This document shows, in pieces, positions 27,944 to 35,893 of a stretch of 64,000 nt of DNA. How positions within the stretch are numbered: the first letter of the stretch is position 1; each line of letters begins with the position of its first letter. The stretch is from the sequence record PQ306574.1; one strand, written 5' to 3'. A program made the translations under genes and the position numbers. The stretch is from Escherichia phage vB_EcoM_PTE-Eco09. The notes under the pieces are model-generated. The model ran no database searches, was not told where the DNA came from, and saw only the letters and a program-made list of their open reading frames with translations.

Positions 27944-28121
27944 AGAAATCTGTGCTGTATTTGATGAGAAAACAGCAGATAAAATGATGAAAGAAGCGTC
28001 ACAATGTTCATCTTTTGTTGATAACAAAGATTTAAGAGTAAATGAGATCGTGTGCTGGAGCGACACGAAACATGAAATTGTATGGCGTACCGTGTACTAT
28101 AGCCGCGACCGAGGATTATAA
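27903..28121 (+). CDS. hypothetical protein (FKxY...ADKMMxEASxCxSF family, copy 2)
   Basis: 72 aa from ATG 27903; MGIQSQFKDYRVYKEICAVFDEKTADKMMKEASQCSSF parallels previous ORF. Confidence 0.4.
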   Translation: MGIQSQFKDYRVYKEICAVFDEKTADKMMKEASQCSSFVDNKDLRVNEIVCWSDTKHEIVWRTVYYSRDRGL

Positions 28122-28122
28122 A

Positions 28123-28431
28123 ATGAAATTAACTAAAAAGATTTTCCCAGAATTGCGTAACTGTCTGTTACTGGTTACTGAATATAAGCCGTATACGATC
28201 TACTTGTACGTTGATGAAAATCTGAAAATCCGTTACTATGATTATACGTCTCCAGTGATGCAATCATTTTCTCACTCGATAGCAAATAACTGTATGAATC
28301 ACAATCATTGGGTATCAAAAACGGATGACGATGCGTCAGAAGTTGTAGTGGTTGCATGGAATCTATCACCAGCGGAAGCAGATCAAGCACGCATTCAGCA
28401 TTACGCGAAAAACAACGGTCAAACTTTATAA
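28123..28431 (+). CDS. hypothetical protein, HxxHW-motif family member 2
   Basis: YTIYLYVDENLKIRYYDY...NHNHW...VVVVAWNL; SD GAGGA. Confidence 0.45.
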   Translation: MKLTKKIFPELRNCLLLVTEYKPYTIYLYVDENLKIRYYDYTSPVMQSFSHSIANNCMNHNHWVSKTDDDASEVVVVAWNLSPAEADQARIQHYAKNNGQTL

Positions 28432-28445
28432 GTGAGGAAAATATT

Positions 28446-28724
28446 ATGTTCAAAGTAGGTGATAAGTTTATTCTTAGTCGTGATATTCTCCCTAATCTGA
28501 AAGGTTGTATCATCAATCCTAGTAAAAATTCATGGTTTTATCTGTTTATCGACGACAAACTGAATGTACGCGCAGAATATAAAGAAGGTCTTCGTACTGG
28601 TCTAGGTTTCTTTCACGATCATGATCATAGCCATTGGCTAAACGGTGGATTCGAAGCAACGGTGCTAGCGGTTGATGTGACTTACACGAACATCATAGAA
28701 AAATATCAAAAAATTATTTTATAA
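28446..28724 (+). CDS. hypothetical protein, HxxHW-motif family member 3
   Basis: WFYLFIDDKLNVRAEY...HDHDHSHW...VLAVDVT; SD GTGAGGA. Confidence 0.45.
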   Translation: MFKVGDKFILSRDILPNLKGCIINPSKNSWFYLFIDDKLNVRAEYKEGLRTGLGFFHDHDHSHWLNGGFEATVLAVDVTYTNIIEKYQKIIL

Positions 28725-28730
28725 AAAGTA

Positions 28731-28759
28731 TTGACACCGGATCGGGGATATAGCATAAT
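28731..28759 (+). promoter_or_regulatory. PeSL-type early promoter
   Basis: TTGACA, spacer CCGGATCGGGGATATAG, CATAAT with GGGGATAT/ATATCCCC palindrome spanning -10. Confidence 0.55.
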
Positions 28760-28805
28760 ATCCCCATCGAAACGAGATACACTTTCTAACTAGGAGAATC
28801 AAATT

Positions 28806-29093
28806 ATGGCATACATTACTATCACTCTGAAAGTTAACAAATTCGCTCACGCTGCACACGAAACCGATAATGCAATCCGTAACAACAAGTTCGCACGTCT
28901 GGTACGCGATGCGGTAGCTAAAGAGTTCAACTTCAAATTTGCAGATGGTAAAGTTATCACTAAATGGACTCATGACGGCGAAACTAAAGTAGAACTTGCT
29001 GATAACTTCGCAAATCAGGAATATGCACACCGTCGCATTAATGAAATTATCAGCGATGAACTCTACTACGGTGTACAGGAAGGACTGTTTTAA
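28806..29093 (+). CDS. hypothetical protein
   Basis: 95-aa ORF after PeSL cassette; followed by terminator. Confidence 0.45.
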   Translation: MAYITITLKVNKFAHAAHETDNAIRNNKFARLVRDAVAKEFNFKFADGKVITKWTHDGETKVELADNFANQEYAHRRINEIISDELYYGVQEGLF

Positions 29094-29098
29094 TATAC

Positions 29099-29124
29099 GG
29101 GGCGTTAAGCCCCACCCCTTTTCA
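29099..29124 (+). terminator. intrinsic terminator
   Basis: GGGGC-GTTAA-GCCCC hairpin then CCCTTTTC. Confidence 0.55.
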
Positions 29125-29146
29125 TCCAACTATTGAGGATAATACT

Positions 29147-29455
29147 ATGAAAGATAATATCTTTGAATTTACCCGCGAAAATCTCCCAATGTTCCGAAAG
29201 TCTCTGCTTAAACTAGAGAACAGTAATTATGATGTATATTTTTACATCACCGAAGACCTAGAGATCCTTTACGCAGATTATCCAGGTCCGATCCGTACCT
29301 TCGAAGAAGCATCGCAGTATAAAAATGTTCACGGTCATGAGCACTGGTTACGAGAAAACCCAGGTCGCAAGAAAGCACGCGTTAAAGTGATTGCGATTGA
29401 CGTAACACCAGCATACGCCGACCGGATTGCACTGAATGATTATTTGTCTAAATGA
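29147..29455 (+). CDS. hypothetical protein, HxxHW-motif family member 4
   Basis: YDVYFYITEDLEILYADY...HGHEHW...VIAIDVT. Confidence 0.45.
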   Translation: MKDNIFEFTRENLPMFRKSLLKLENSNYDVYFYITEDLEILYADYPGPIRTFEEASQYKNVHGHEHWLRENPGRKKARVKVIAIDVTPAYADRIALNDYLSK

Positions 29456-29462
29456 TTTTATT

Positions 29463-29487
29463 AGCCGACCTTAGTGTCGGCTTTTTT
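29463..29487 (+). terminator. intrinsic terminator
   Basis: AGCCGAC-CTTAGT-GTCGGCT hairpin followed by TTTTTTA. Confidence 0.7.
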
Positions 29488-29512
29488 ATTGCATAAAATT
29501 TTAAAAAAGTTG

Positions 29513-29541
29513 TTGACACCAGATCACGCCTATAGCATAAT
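29513..29541 (+). promoter_or_regulatory. PeSL-type early promoter
   Basis: TTGACA 29513-29518, 17-bp spacer, CATAAT 29536-29541, conserved leader and SD. Confidence 0.55.
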
Positions 29542-29581
29542 ACACCCATCGAAACGAGATACCACTTAGGAGAATCAAACA

Positions 29582-29851
29582 ATGGCGCTGACTAAAACCA
29601 CTACCAACTTTGCAAAACGTCACGGCTTCGACCTTGAAATCAATAGCTTTAACGATTACACCCTTCTGTGTGTATATGAAATCGAAAATGATTGCGAGTG
29701 GATGTTCAGCTATCGCGTAAACGAAGACGGATCTTTCACTTGGAACGGAAATATCTATCTTGCACAGGAAGTAAAAGAAGAACTACCGGCGACTATCAAA
29801 GATGAGAAGCATTTACGTCAAGTTTTAAAATTTATTTCTGAAAATATCTAA
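29582..29851 (+). CDS. hypothetical protein
   Basis: 89-aa ORF after cassette. Confidence 0.45.
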   Translation: MALTKTTTNFAKRHGFDLEINSFNDYTLLCVYEIENDCEWMFSYRVNEDGSFTWNGNIYLAQEVKEELPATIKDEKHLRQVLKFISENI

Positions 29852-29859
29852 AAAAGTTG

Positions 29860-29888
29860 TTGACACCAAAGTAAGAACATAGCATAAT
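29860..29888 (+). promoter_or_regulatory. PeSL-type early promoter
   Basis: TTGACA 29860-29865, 17-bp spacer, CATAAT 29883-29888. Confidence 0.55.
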
Positions 29889-29921
29889 ACACACATACCG
29901 AAACGAACTGGAGAATCAAAA

Positions 29922-30203
29922 ATGAAATTCATCAAAGCAACCGAAATCCTGAAAAACAAAGAAGCATACATCGGAAACATCGTTGGTATGAACATTCGCG
30001 GCGCTGGTAGCCAGTGGACCAAACTGGTTGATGTTAAAGCTAAAGGCGATAAAATTGAGTTCACTGTAAAAATGCTTACTCATAACGCACATATGGGTAT
30101 CAAGACAAAAACGATGGCAGCAGATAAAAGCATCAACTATCAGGATCTGGGCGATTGGCTGAACTGGTGCAAAATACACAACATCGAAACTAATCACGAA
30201 TAA
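29922..30203 (+). CDS. hypothetical protein
   Basis: 93-aa ORF after cassette. Confidence 0.45.
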   Translation: MKFIKATEILKNKEAYIGNIVGMNIRGAGSQWTKLVDVKAKGDKIEFTVKMLTHNAHMGIKTKTMAADKSINYQDLGDWLNWCKIHNIETNHE

Positions 30204-30217
30204 TTTTAAAAAAGTTG

Positions 30218-30246
30218 TTGACGGGGATCGGGAGATCCCCTATAAT
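30218..30246 (+). promoter_or_regulatory. PeSL-type early promoter
   Basis: TTGACG, spacer GGGATCGGGAGATCCCC, TATAAT. Confidence 0.6.
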
Positions 30247-30280
30247 GCACACATACCAACGAGATATAGGAGAATCAAAA

Positions 30281-30448
30281 ATGTTCCAGACTAAAGCAGA
30301 ATGCGAAGCATATATCATTGAAACCCACGGCGAAGATTATCTGAAATTTGACATTGTAGTAGCACAGAAGATTGTAGGGATGGTTGCGAAATACCTCGGA
30401 GTTAAAGAAGGTTACTATCCTAGCAACGCACCAGAAATTAACAAATAA
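30281..30448 (+). CDS. hypothetical small protein (duplicated family, copy 2)
   Basis: MFQTKAECEAYIIETHGEDYLKFDIVVAQKIVGMVAKYLGVKEGYYPSNAPEINK; differs from 26997 copy at a few residues. Confidence 0.5.
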   Translation: MFQTKAECEAYIIETHGEDYLKFDIVVAQKIVGMVAKYLGVKEGYYPSNAPEINK

Positions 30449-30462
30449 TTTTATAAAAAGTG

Positions 30463-30491
30463 TTGACAGGGGAGGATAACTCCCCTACAAT
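30463..30491 (+). promoter_or_regulatory. PeSL-type early promoter
   Basis: TTGACA, spacer GGGGAGGATAACTCCCC, TACAAT. Confidence 0.55.
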
Positions 30492-30531
30492 ACAACCATC
30501 AAGACGAGATACCACTTAGGAGAATCAAACA

Positions 30532-30783
30532 ATGGCTAACATCGAAACCGCAAAGAAAATCGCTAAAGACCTGAACGTTAAAGGCTTCCGTAAACTGAAA
30601 TTACAGCGTGTACGCTACACCATCGGCAAACAGTGCTCTTTCATGAGCGAAGAAGTTGCTAACAGCCTGATTGATAACCTGATTGCGGCTGGCTGGGAAG
30701 TTGCGGATCTGAAAACTTGCCGCGAACTGGCTAAAAAAGGTCTTTTAGATTCTGTTACTATCAAACCAATGGGGGCAGCGTGA
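30532..30783 (+). CDS. hypothetical protein (first gene of coupled operon)
   Basis: 83-aa ORF after cassette. Confidence 0.45.
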   Translation: MANIETAKKIAKDLNVKGFRKLKLQRVRYTIGKQCSFMSEEVANSLIDNLIAAGWEVADLKTCRELAKKGLLDSVTIKPMGAA

Positions 30784-31025
30784 AAAGAAAATTAATTAAA
30801 CGCAATAAGGAATTTCTTAATAACTGCATTAAGGCCGCTAATGGTTGGCCTTTGTGCCTCTTCCTTTATGATTGGTATTCTAAACAATCAGTTGAGGAAG
30901 CACGACACTATAAGAAGATCAGAAAAGAATCACACACAAAACAAGGTCGCATTAACGGACTTTACTTAATGTGGCACGGTAAAGAACCGACTAAAATCTG
31001 TGCTGGGTTAAAGGGTCGTATATGA
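30780..31025 (+). CDS. hypothetical basic protein
   Basis: 81-aa ORF, GTG start overlapping upstream stop. Confidence 0.35.
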   Translation: MKRKLIKRNKEFLNNCIKAANGWPLCLFLYDWYSKQSVEEARHYKKIRKESHTKQGRINGLYLMWHGKEPTKICAGLKGRI

Positions 31026-31738
31026 AACAAAAATTAATATTCTGCAACTTTGACGGATCGGGAATAATGGGGCTAGAATGGGCTAAAGCAGGTCATAAGG
31101 TAGTCTGCTTTAATGCGGATGACGCCGACCACGGTACATACAAAAAGTATAATACCAGATTTGAACATCCAAACATTACCTATGTAAACACATGGATTGA
31201 TTTGAATTGGCTGGAAAGAGCAATGGACCTTGAATGGGGGAAACCGGATATTATCTTTGCATTCCCACCGTGCACCAATTTAGCTGTTAGTGGCGCTGCG
31301 CACTTTGAACGAAAGAAACTAGAACAAGGACCATTGATTCAAGTTCATGATGTAAGGGCAGCTAAAATAACCGCTTATTTGGGTGAATGGCTAGGAGTTC
31401 CCTACATGATAGAGAATCCTGTAAGCGTTATCTCTAGTATGTGGCGTAAGCCTGATTACATGTTCCATCCGTGGGAATATGGCGGTTATTTGCCGGAAGA
31501 TGATAAACATCCTACTTTTCCTGAGTATATCGCCGCCCGTGATATGTACCCGAAAAAGACTTGCTTATGGACCGGACAAGGCTTTATAATGCCAGAAAAG
31601 AAACCGTTGCAGATTAATAAAGGGTACAGTAAACAGCATTCTAAGCTAGGCGGGAAAGGAACGAAAACAAAGACTATCAGGTCACTTACCCCGCGAGGAT
31701 TCGCAAAGGCAGTATTTGAAGCCAATAAGGATCTATGA
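31022..31738 (+). CDS. short DNA (cytosine-5)-methyltransferase-like protein
   Basis: Motif I-like FCNFDGSG, motif IV-like FPPCTNLAVSGA (PC catalytic dipeptide, T instead of Q), motif VI-like IENPVS; only 238 aa, no obvious target-recognition domain. Confidence 0.5.
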   Translation: MKQKLIFCNFDGSGIMGLEWAKAGHKVVCFNADDADHGTYKKYNTRFEHPNITYVNTWIDLNWLERAMDLEWGKPDIIFAFPPCTNLAVSGAAHFERKKLEQGPLIQVHDVRAAKITAYLGEWLGVPYMIENPVSVISSMWRKPDYMFHPWEYGGYLPEDDKHPTFPEYIAARDMYPKKTCLWTGQGFIMPEKKPLQINKGYSKQHSKLGGKGTKTKTIRSLTPRGFAKAVFEANKDL

Positions 31739-32067
31739 TGAGATTGTTTAAGTATTCGCTAACGTCAAATTACGATAAACAAGGTCATTGCATCCGTTGC
31801 CCTGATTGTCATAGCCATAACATCGAAAGCAAGATCACCGATCATATTGATGGACTTTGGTCGCCAGCAAGTGAAATAGAATACTATTGCGCTGATTGTG
31901 GAATTGTAGTAGCATATTGGGCATACGGATCATATGATCCATACTTCCAGATGGGAGAGCGTTCAATCCCTGCGCTTATCTGGAGAATTAAGAACAATAT
32001 CCGGCATTCATGGGATGAGTTCTTAAAAGATATTGATTTACGTGATGACCCATTCAGGAGACTATAA
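31735..32067 (+). CDS. zinc-ribbon protein
   Basis: CIRCPDCHSHN...CADCG Cys4 arrangement; start overlaps upstream stop (ATGA). Confidence 0.4.
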   Translation: MMRLFKYSLTSNYDKQGHCIRCPDCHSHNIESKITDHIDGLWSPASEIEYYCADCGIVVAYWAYGSYDPYFQMGERSIPALIWRIKNNIRHSWDEFLKDIDLRDDPFRRL

Positions 32068-32068
32068 C

Positions 32069-32587
32069 ATGAACCGTTTAACGCCTAAACGCCGTTACTA
32101 TACCAATACTAAAAACTTTGTCATCTCTGTTTATGATGCATGGTTAGAAGATGGCTATATCAACATGAACCCAGATTATCAGCGTCCTTTAGTATGGGAC
32201 ACCGAAAACAAACGTATGTTTATTGAAAACCTGATTAATGATTTTCCGGTTGGTGCTATCGCAATGGCTAAGATTGATGATGGCTCTCGCTATGAGATCG
32301 AAATCGTGGACGGTAAACAGCGTTTAAACGCAATATTCTCCTTTATGAAGGATGAGTTTAGCATTGCTTGTAATGATGATTCTATGTTGTATTACAGTGA
32401 TTTTACGCCAGCAGAAAAGCGACGTTTCCGAAATCTCGGACTACCCGCGATCATGATGGAAGAGAGCACACGAGAAGACCGATTAGAGTATTTCTACAAA
32501 ACAAACTTTTTCGGTGTACCTCAATCGGAAGAACATCGCCAGCATGTGATTGCATTATTGCAAGATGAACAATTAAAAAATAACTAA
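32069..32587 (+). CDS. DUF262 / ParB-like nucleotide-binding domain protein
   Basis: NPDYQRPLVW and VDGKQRL (DGQQR-type) motifs typical of DUF262/ParB-Srx fold; ATG 1 nt after upstream stop. Confidence 0.5.
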   Translation: MNRLTPKRRYYTNTKNFVISVYDAWLEDGYINMNPDYQRPLVWDTENKRMFIENLINDFPVGAIAMAKIDDGSRYEIEIVDGKQRLNAIFSFMKDEFSIACNDDSMLYYSDFTPAEKRRFRNLGLPAIMMEESTREDRLEYFYKTNFFGVPQSEEHRQHVIALLQDEQLKNN

Positions 32588-32594
32588 AAAGTTG

Positions 32595-32623
32595 TTGACA
32601 GGGGATCGGTGATCCCCTATAAT
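32595..32623 (+). promoter_or_regulatory. PeSL-type early promoter
   Basis: TTGACA, spacer GGGGATCGGTGATCCCC (identical to 26546 copy), TATAAT. Confidence 0.6.
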
Positions 32624-32659
32624 GCACACATACCGAAACGAACTACTAAGGAGTATCAA

Positions 32660-32872
32660 ATGGCTAACATCGAAATCATCATTACCGACGTAACTTATGA
32701 CCGCATTAACGAAATCGGTACTGCATTACTGGAAGATGGAACAACTCGTACCATCAACTACGCAGAATACGTTGAAATGCGTGGTTGTATTAAACGAGTA
32801 GGAAAATATATCCTGATTGAAAAAGACTATTCAGGATACACCTTAGAGCAATTGCTTGATGGTGCATTATAA
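32660..32872 (+). CDS. hypothetical small protein
   Basis: 70-aa ORF (MANIEIIITDVTYDRINEIG...) after cassette; followed by terminator. Confidence 0.4.
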   Translation: MANIEIIITDVTYDRINEIGTALLEDGTTRTINYAEYVEMRGCIKRVGKYILIEKDYSGYTLEQLLDGAL

Positions 32873-32878
32873 TAAAAA

Positions 32879-32900
32879 GGGGCGTTAAGCCCCGTTTTCA
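32879..32900 (+). terminator. intrinsic terminator
   Basis: GGGGC-GTTAA-GCCCC hairpin followed by GTTTTCA. Confidence 0.6.
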
Positions 32901-32939
32901 TAAATATAGGTTTATAGGTTATCAACTAGAGGATATAAA

Positions 32940-34991
32940 ATGTTTAACTTAGAAATCGACGATCTAATGATTGAATCTTTCGAGAAATGGCTGTTGACGG
33001 AAGAGGAAGAAAACTTTGGCAGTATTGCTCCTGTACAGTGCTTAAAGCCTAAGCAGAATCCTAAACAGCTTTTTGCAGTACAGACACGCGATAAAGATGT
33101 GATTGTCCGTCTTTGCAACTTCACCAACAAAACACCTAAAATCATTCGTATGGGTGACAAGACCGCACATGTTGTACTGTGCGAAATGAACAAAAGCGGT
33201 CGTATTGTACAGCTTAAAAATGGTCTAGGCGATAACCCGATTGCAGTTATGTCAAGTGCTTTTGATGTGGTTATGGAAACAGCCCGTAAAGCGCAATTAG
33301 ACGCTGTTATGTTCCGTTTTAACGTATCCCGCATGAAAGGTAAGACCGAACTGGTTAAGCGCGTTATAGAGCGTTTGGTGCGTCGTACACCGAAGTTTGA
33401 AGTATTCCAGCAGGAAGTAATGACCAGCAAAAAGATCGCTTTAGTTGTTGTCAAGCGTCGCGGTATGGCGATTGATAAGATTAAAGGGATTAAACTTGAT
33501 GATTCCTTGTTCACTAAAGTAGAAAGTGATTTAGGTGATCGCTGGGTATCTAAGGCTACTGGTGAATCTCTGACTAAAGATGAGGCATATGCGGCTAGTC
33601 TTGTGTCAGAAGAAGAACGAAACGCGGAAGCGGAACAACGCGTAGCGGCTAAATCTCGTTTGACTAAAGAAGAAATGCTGAAAACTCAAGCGACCTATAA
33701 CAGCGACTATGTGAATCATCCAGAAAAAATTAATCTTAAACCGGAAGAAGATATCACCGAAGCCGAACCTAAGAAACAGTTTAATACTCTGATTGATCGT
33801 CAAGCCTTAGAACGTTCAACCGCCCGTTCTCTGAATGACTGGACAAGTGATATTATCACTCGCTATGGTTTCATGCGTACTATTTTTGAAAGCGAAGCCG
33901 ATGCAAAATACGCAGTAAGCGAACTGGTAAAAGTTCAGGATCAATATGATCCGTTGTCTGCGGAAGTTATCGCAGCATCAATCAAACGCTTAAAAGAAAT
34001 CATGAGCGAGGAAGTATTCGAAAACAAGATCACCGCCCGGGCAATGGATCGAGTAGACCAGTCTATGCCAGCAGATGTAAAAGCTGAAATGCTGCGTAGT
34101 CATATCACCCAGATTAAAACCGATGCCCTACGTAATGTTGCGTCCGGTATGTTTGAAGCAATTGCTAGCAACATGGGTGAAATGATGGCAGATATTGATC
34201 TTGATCTGCCAGGCGCGGAAGGTTTTGTGTTGAGCGAATATGCCGATGCAGCATACATCAATATGAACAACTTCCTAACTGATCGTAAGCTGGAAGAGTT
34301 TGAAGGCATCGCAGATCCAGAAGAATTGGTCAAGATGTGCGATGCACTGGATAATGCCTTCTCCAACTATGGCGTTAAACTTGATCCGGGTACTATTCTG
34401 TATCGTGGTATGGACTTCCGGTCGCAAATGTGGGAAACTGCACGTAAGCAAAAAGCGTTTTACTTTAAAAACTATGTGAGCACTTCCCTTGCACCTAACA
34501 TTTTTGGCGGCTGGAATGCAAACGTGGCTAGTGCCGTTGCTGGTGTTGATTCTATGGCTGGCTCTCGCGGTGAAGGTGGCGCTAATGTTGCTTTCTCCAT
34601 TGCTGGCGCGGAAAACATCCCTGTATTGCCAGTAGGTAACAAAGCATTTGCTTACAAAGAATGCGAGATTTTACTTCCTCGCGGTGTTGTGTTATCCTTT
34701 GATACGGTAACTCGTGCTACGGCATCGACGGATTCACAAGAAACTTATTACATTGAGGCACATATTATGAACAAAAATGAACTGGCAGCATTACAAGAAT
34801 CTGGCGAGATGATCGCGGACGGTGATGCATTCATCCGTGAAGGTGTTATTAAACCTGCTTCTGACCTGTCTTTCTCCAGCTTTATTACCGAAGCTAAAAC
34901 CGAACGTAAGAAAGCAGATAAGGCAACTCTACGTCAGCTTATCGCTGATCTGGTATCTGTAGACGCAATGCCAGATAAATTTAAAATGTAA
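32940..34991 (+). CDS. alt: ADP-ribosyltransferase Alt-like
   Basis: 683 aa (T4 Alt about 682); C-terminal ART triad R (LYRGMDFR), STS (YVSTSL), ExE (KECEILLPRG); position next to baseplate gene 54. Confidence 0.8.
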   Translation: MFNLEIDDLMIESFEKWLLTEEEENFGSIAPVQCLKPKQNPKQLFAVQTRDKDVIVRLCNFTNKTPKIIRMGDKTAHVVLCEMNKSGRIVQLKNGLGDNPIAVMSSAFDVVMETARKAQLDAVMFRFNVSRMKGKTELVKRVIERLVRRTPKFEVFQQEVMTSKKIALVVVKRRGMAIDKIKGIKLDDSLFTKVESDLGDRWVSKATGESLTKDEAYAASLVSEEERNAEAEQRVAAKSRLTKEEMLKTQATYNSDYVNHPEKINLKPEEDITEAEPKKQFNTLIDRQALERSTARSLNDWTSDIITRYGFMRTIFESEADAKYAVSELVKVQDQYDPLSAEVIAASIKRLKEIMSEEVFENKITARAMDRVDQSMPADVKAEMLRSHITQIKTDALRNVASGMFEAIASNMGEMMADIDLDLPGAEGFVLSEYADAAYINMNNFLTDRKLEEFEGIADPEELVKMCDALDNAFSNYGVKLDPGTILYRGMDFRSQMWETARKQKAFYFKNYVSTSLAPNIFGGWNANVASAVAGVDSMAGSRGEGGANVAFSIAGAENIPVLPVGNKAFAYKECEILLPRGVVLSFDTVTRATASTDSQETYYIEAHIMNKNELAALQESGEMIADGDAFIREGVIKPASDLSFSSFITEAKTERKKADKATLRQLIADLVSVDAMPDKFKM

Positions 34992-35007
34992 TTTTAAGAA
35001 ATAATGG

Positions 35008-35036
35008 TTGACTCAAACGGGGACTAGTTTTATACT
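35008..35036 (+). promoter_or_regulatory. PeSL-type promoter doubling as terminator hairpin for alt
   Basis: TTGACT, spacer CAAACGGGGACTAGTTT, TATACT; stem AAACGGGGACTAGT/ACTAGCCCCGTTT followed by TCTG. Confidence 0.5.
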
Positions 35037-35068
35037 AGCCCCGTTTTCTGTTATATGGGAGGCTTAAA

Positions 35069-35893
35069 ATGTTCAAGAAATTACAGGATTTTCGTATTTC
35101 AGAAGAATCACGCGAATCAATGATGGAACGTATGGATAATTACATCGAAACATATGACATTGAGGGGATTAATGGTTACATGATCACTGAGATGATCAGT
35201 GATCAGATTAACTTTGATGATTATGTGAAGGTTATCCGCTTCCTTGAGCGCGAGACACAAGATTATGGATTTGTCAAGAAAATCATTAATGTGATGTATG
35301 AAGTACACTCCGAAGAATTTGGAGATAATGTATTCAAACATTACAAACATAACAACATAACCCCAGCAGAATATAATGCAATCTGTGATTATGTGTCTGA
35401 ACAATACGAATGGGTAAATGGTGCTCTCTTAGGGGAAGAAGACATGACCGATGAGATATCAGAGATTGTCGATTTGATGGATTGCGTCATGGATAAAACC
35501 GAAAAGTTAAACGGTACTCTTTATCGAGGTCAACATCTTGACATTCAGACAATAGAGCGTATCATTGAAGATAAGGAGTTTACCTTTAAAAACTTTGTAT
35601 CTACCAGCATGACACCGATCATATTTGGAGGATGGCTATCAAACAGCACTAGCCTTTATTGTGAGAATCGATATGAATCAATGACCGGAAAGATGCAACA
35701 TTCTTGTAATGTATCATGGGTAATTGACGTAAAAGATCATAAAGGTTTTGTTGTTGGGTCAATTGCATGGAACCCTTGCGAATGTGAAGTAATTTTACCG
35801 CGAGGGACTTGCGTCAAGGTAAACGACGTAGTAGAATCTTTCGGCGATGAGAATCGTAGACAATTTACAATTTTCGGTGAGGTGACTAAATGA
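35069..35893 (+). CDS. second ADP-ribosyltransferase (Alt/Mod-like paralog)
   Basis: 274 aa; R (LYRGQHL), STS (FVSTSM), ExE (CECEVILPRG); catalytic region similar to C-terminus of upstream Alt. Confidence 0.7.
   Translation: MFKKLQDFRISEESRESMMERMDNYIETYDIEGINGYMITEMISDQINFDDYVKVIRFLERETQDYGFVKKIINVMYEVHSEEFGDNVFKHYKHNNITPAEYNAICDYVSEQYEWVNGALLGEEDMTDEISEIVDLMDCVMDKTEKLNGTLYRGQHLDIQTIERIIEDKEFTFKNFVSTSMTPIIFGGWLSNSTSLYCENRYESMTGKMQHSCNVSWVIDVKDHKGFVVGSIAWNPCECEVILPRGTCVKVNDVVESFGDENRRQFTIFGEVTK

Noticed and set aside
26540-32623. Repeated palindrome-containing units as a CRISPR array
   Set aside because: Units are irregularly spaced (250-700 bp), contain promoter hexamers and SD sequences, and are separated by protein-coding ORFs rather than short spacers.
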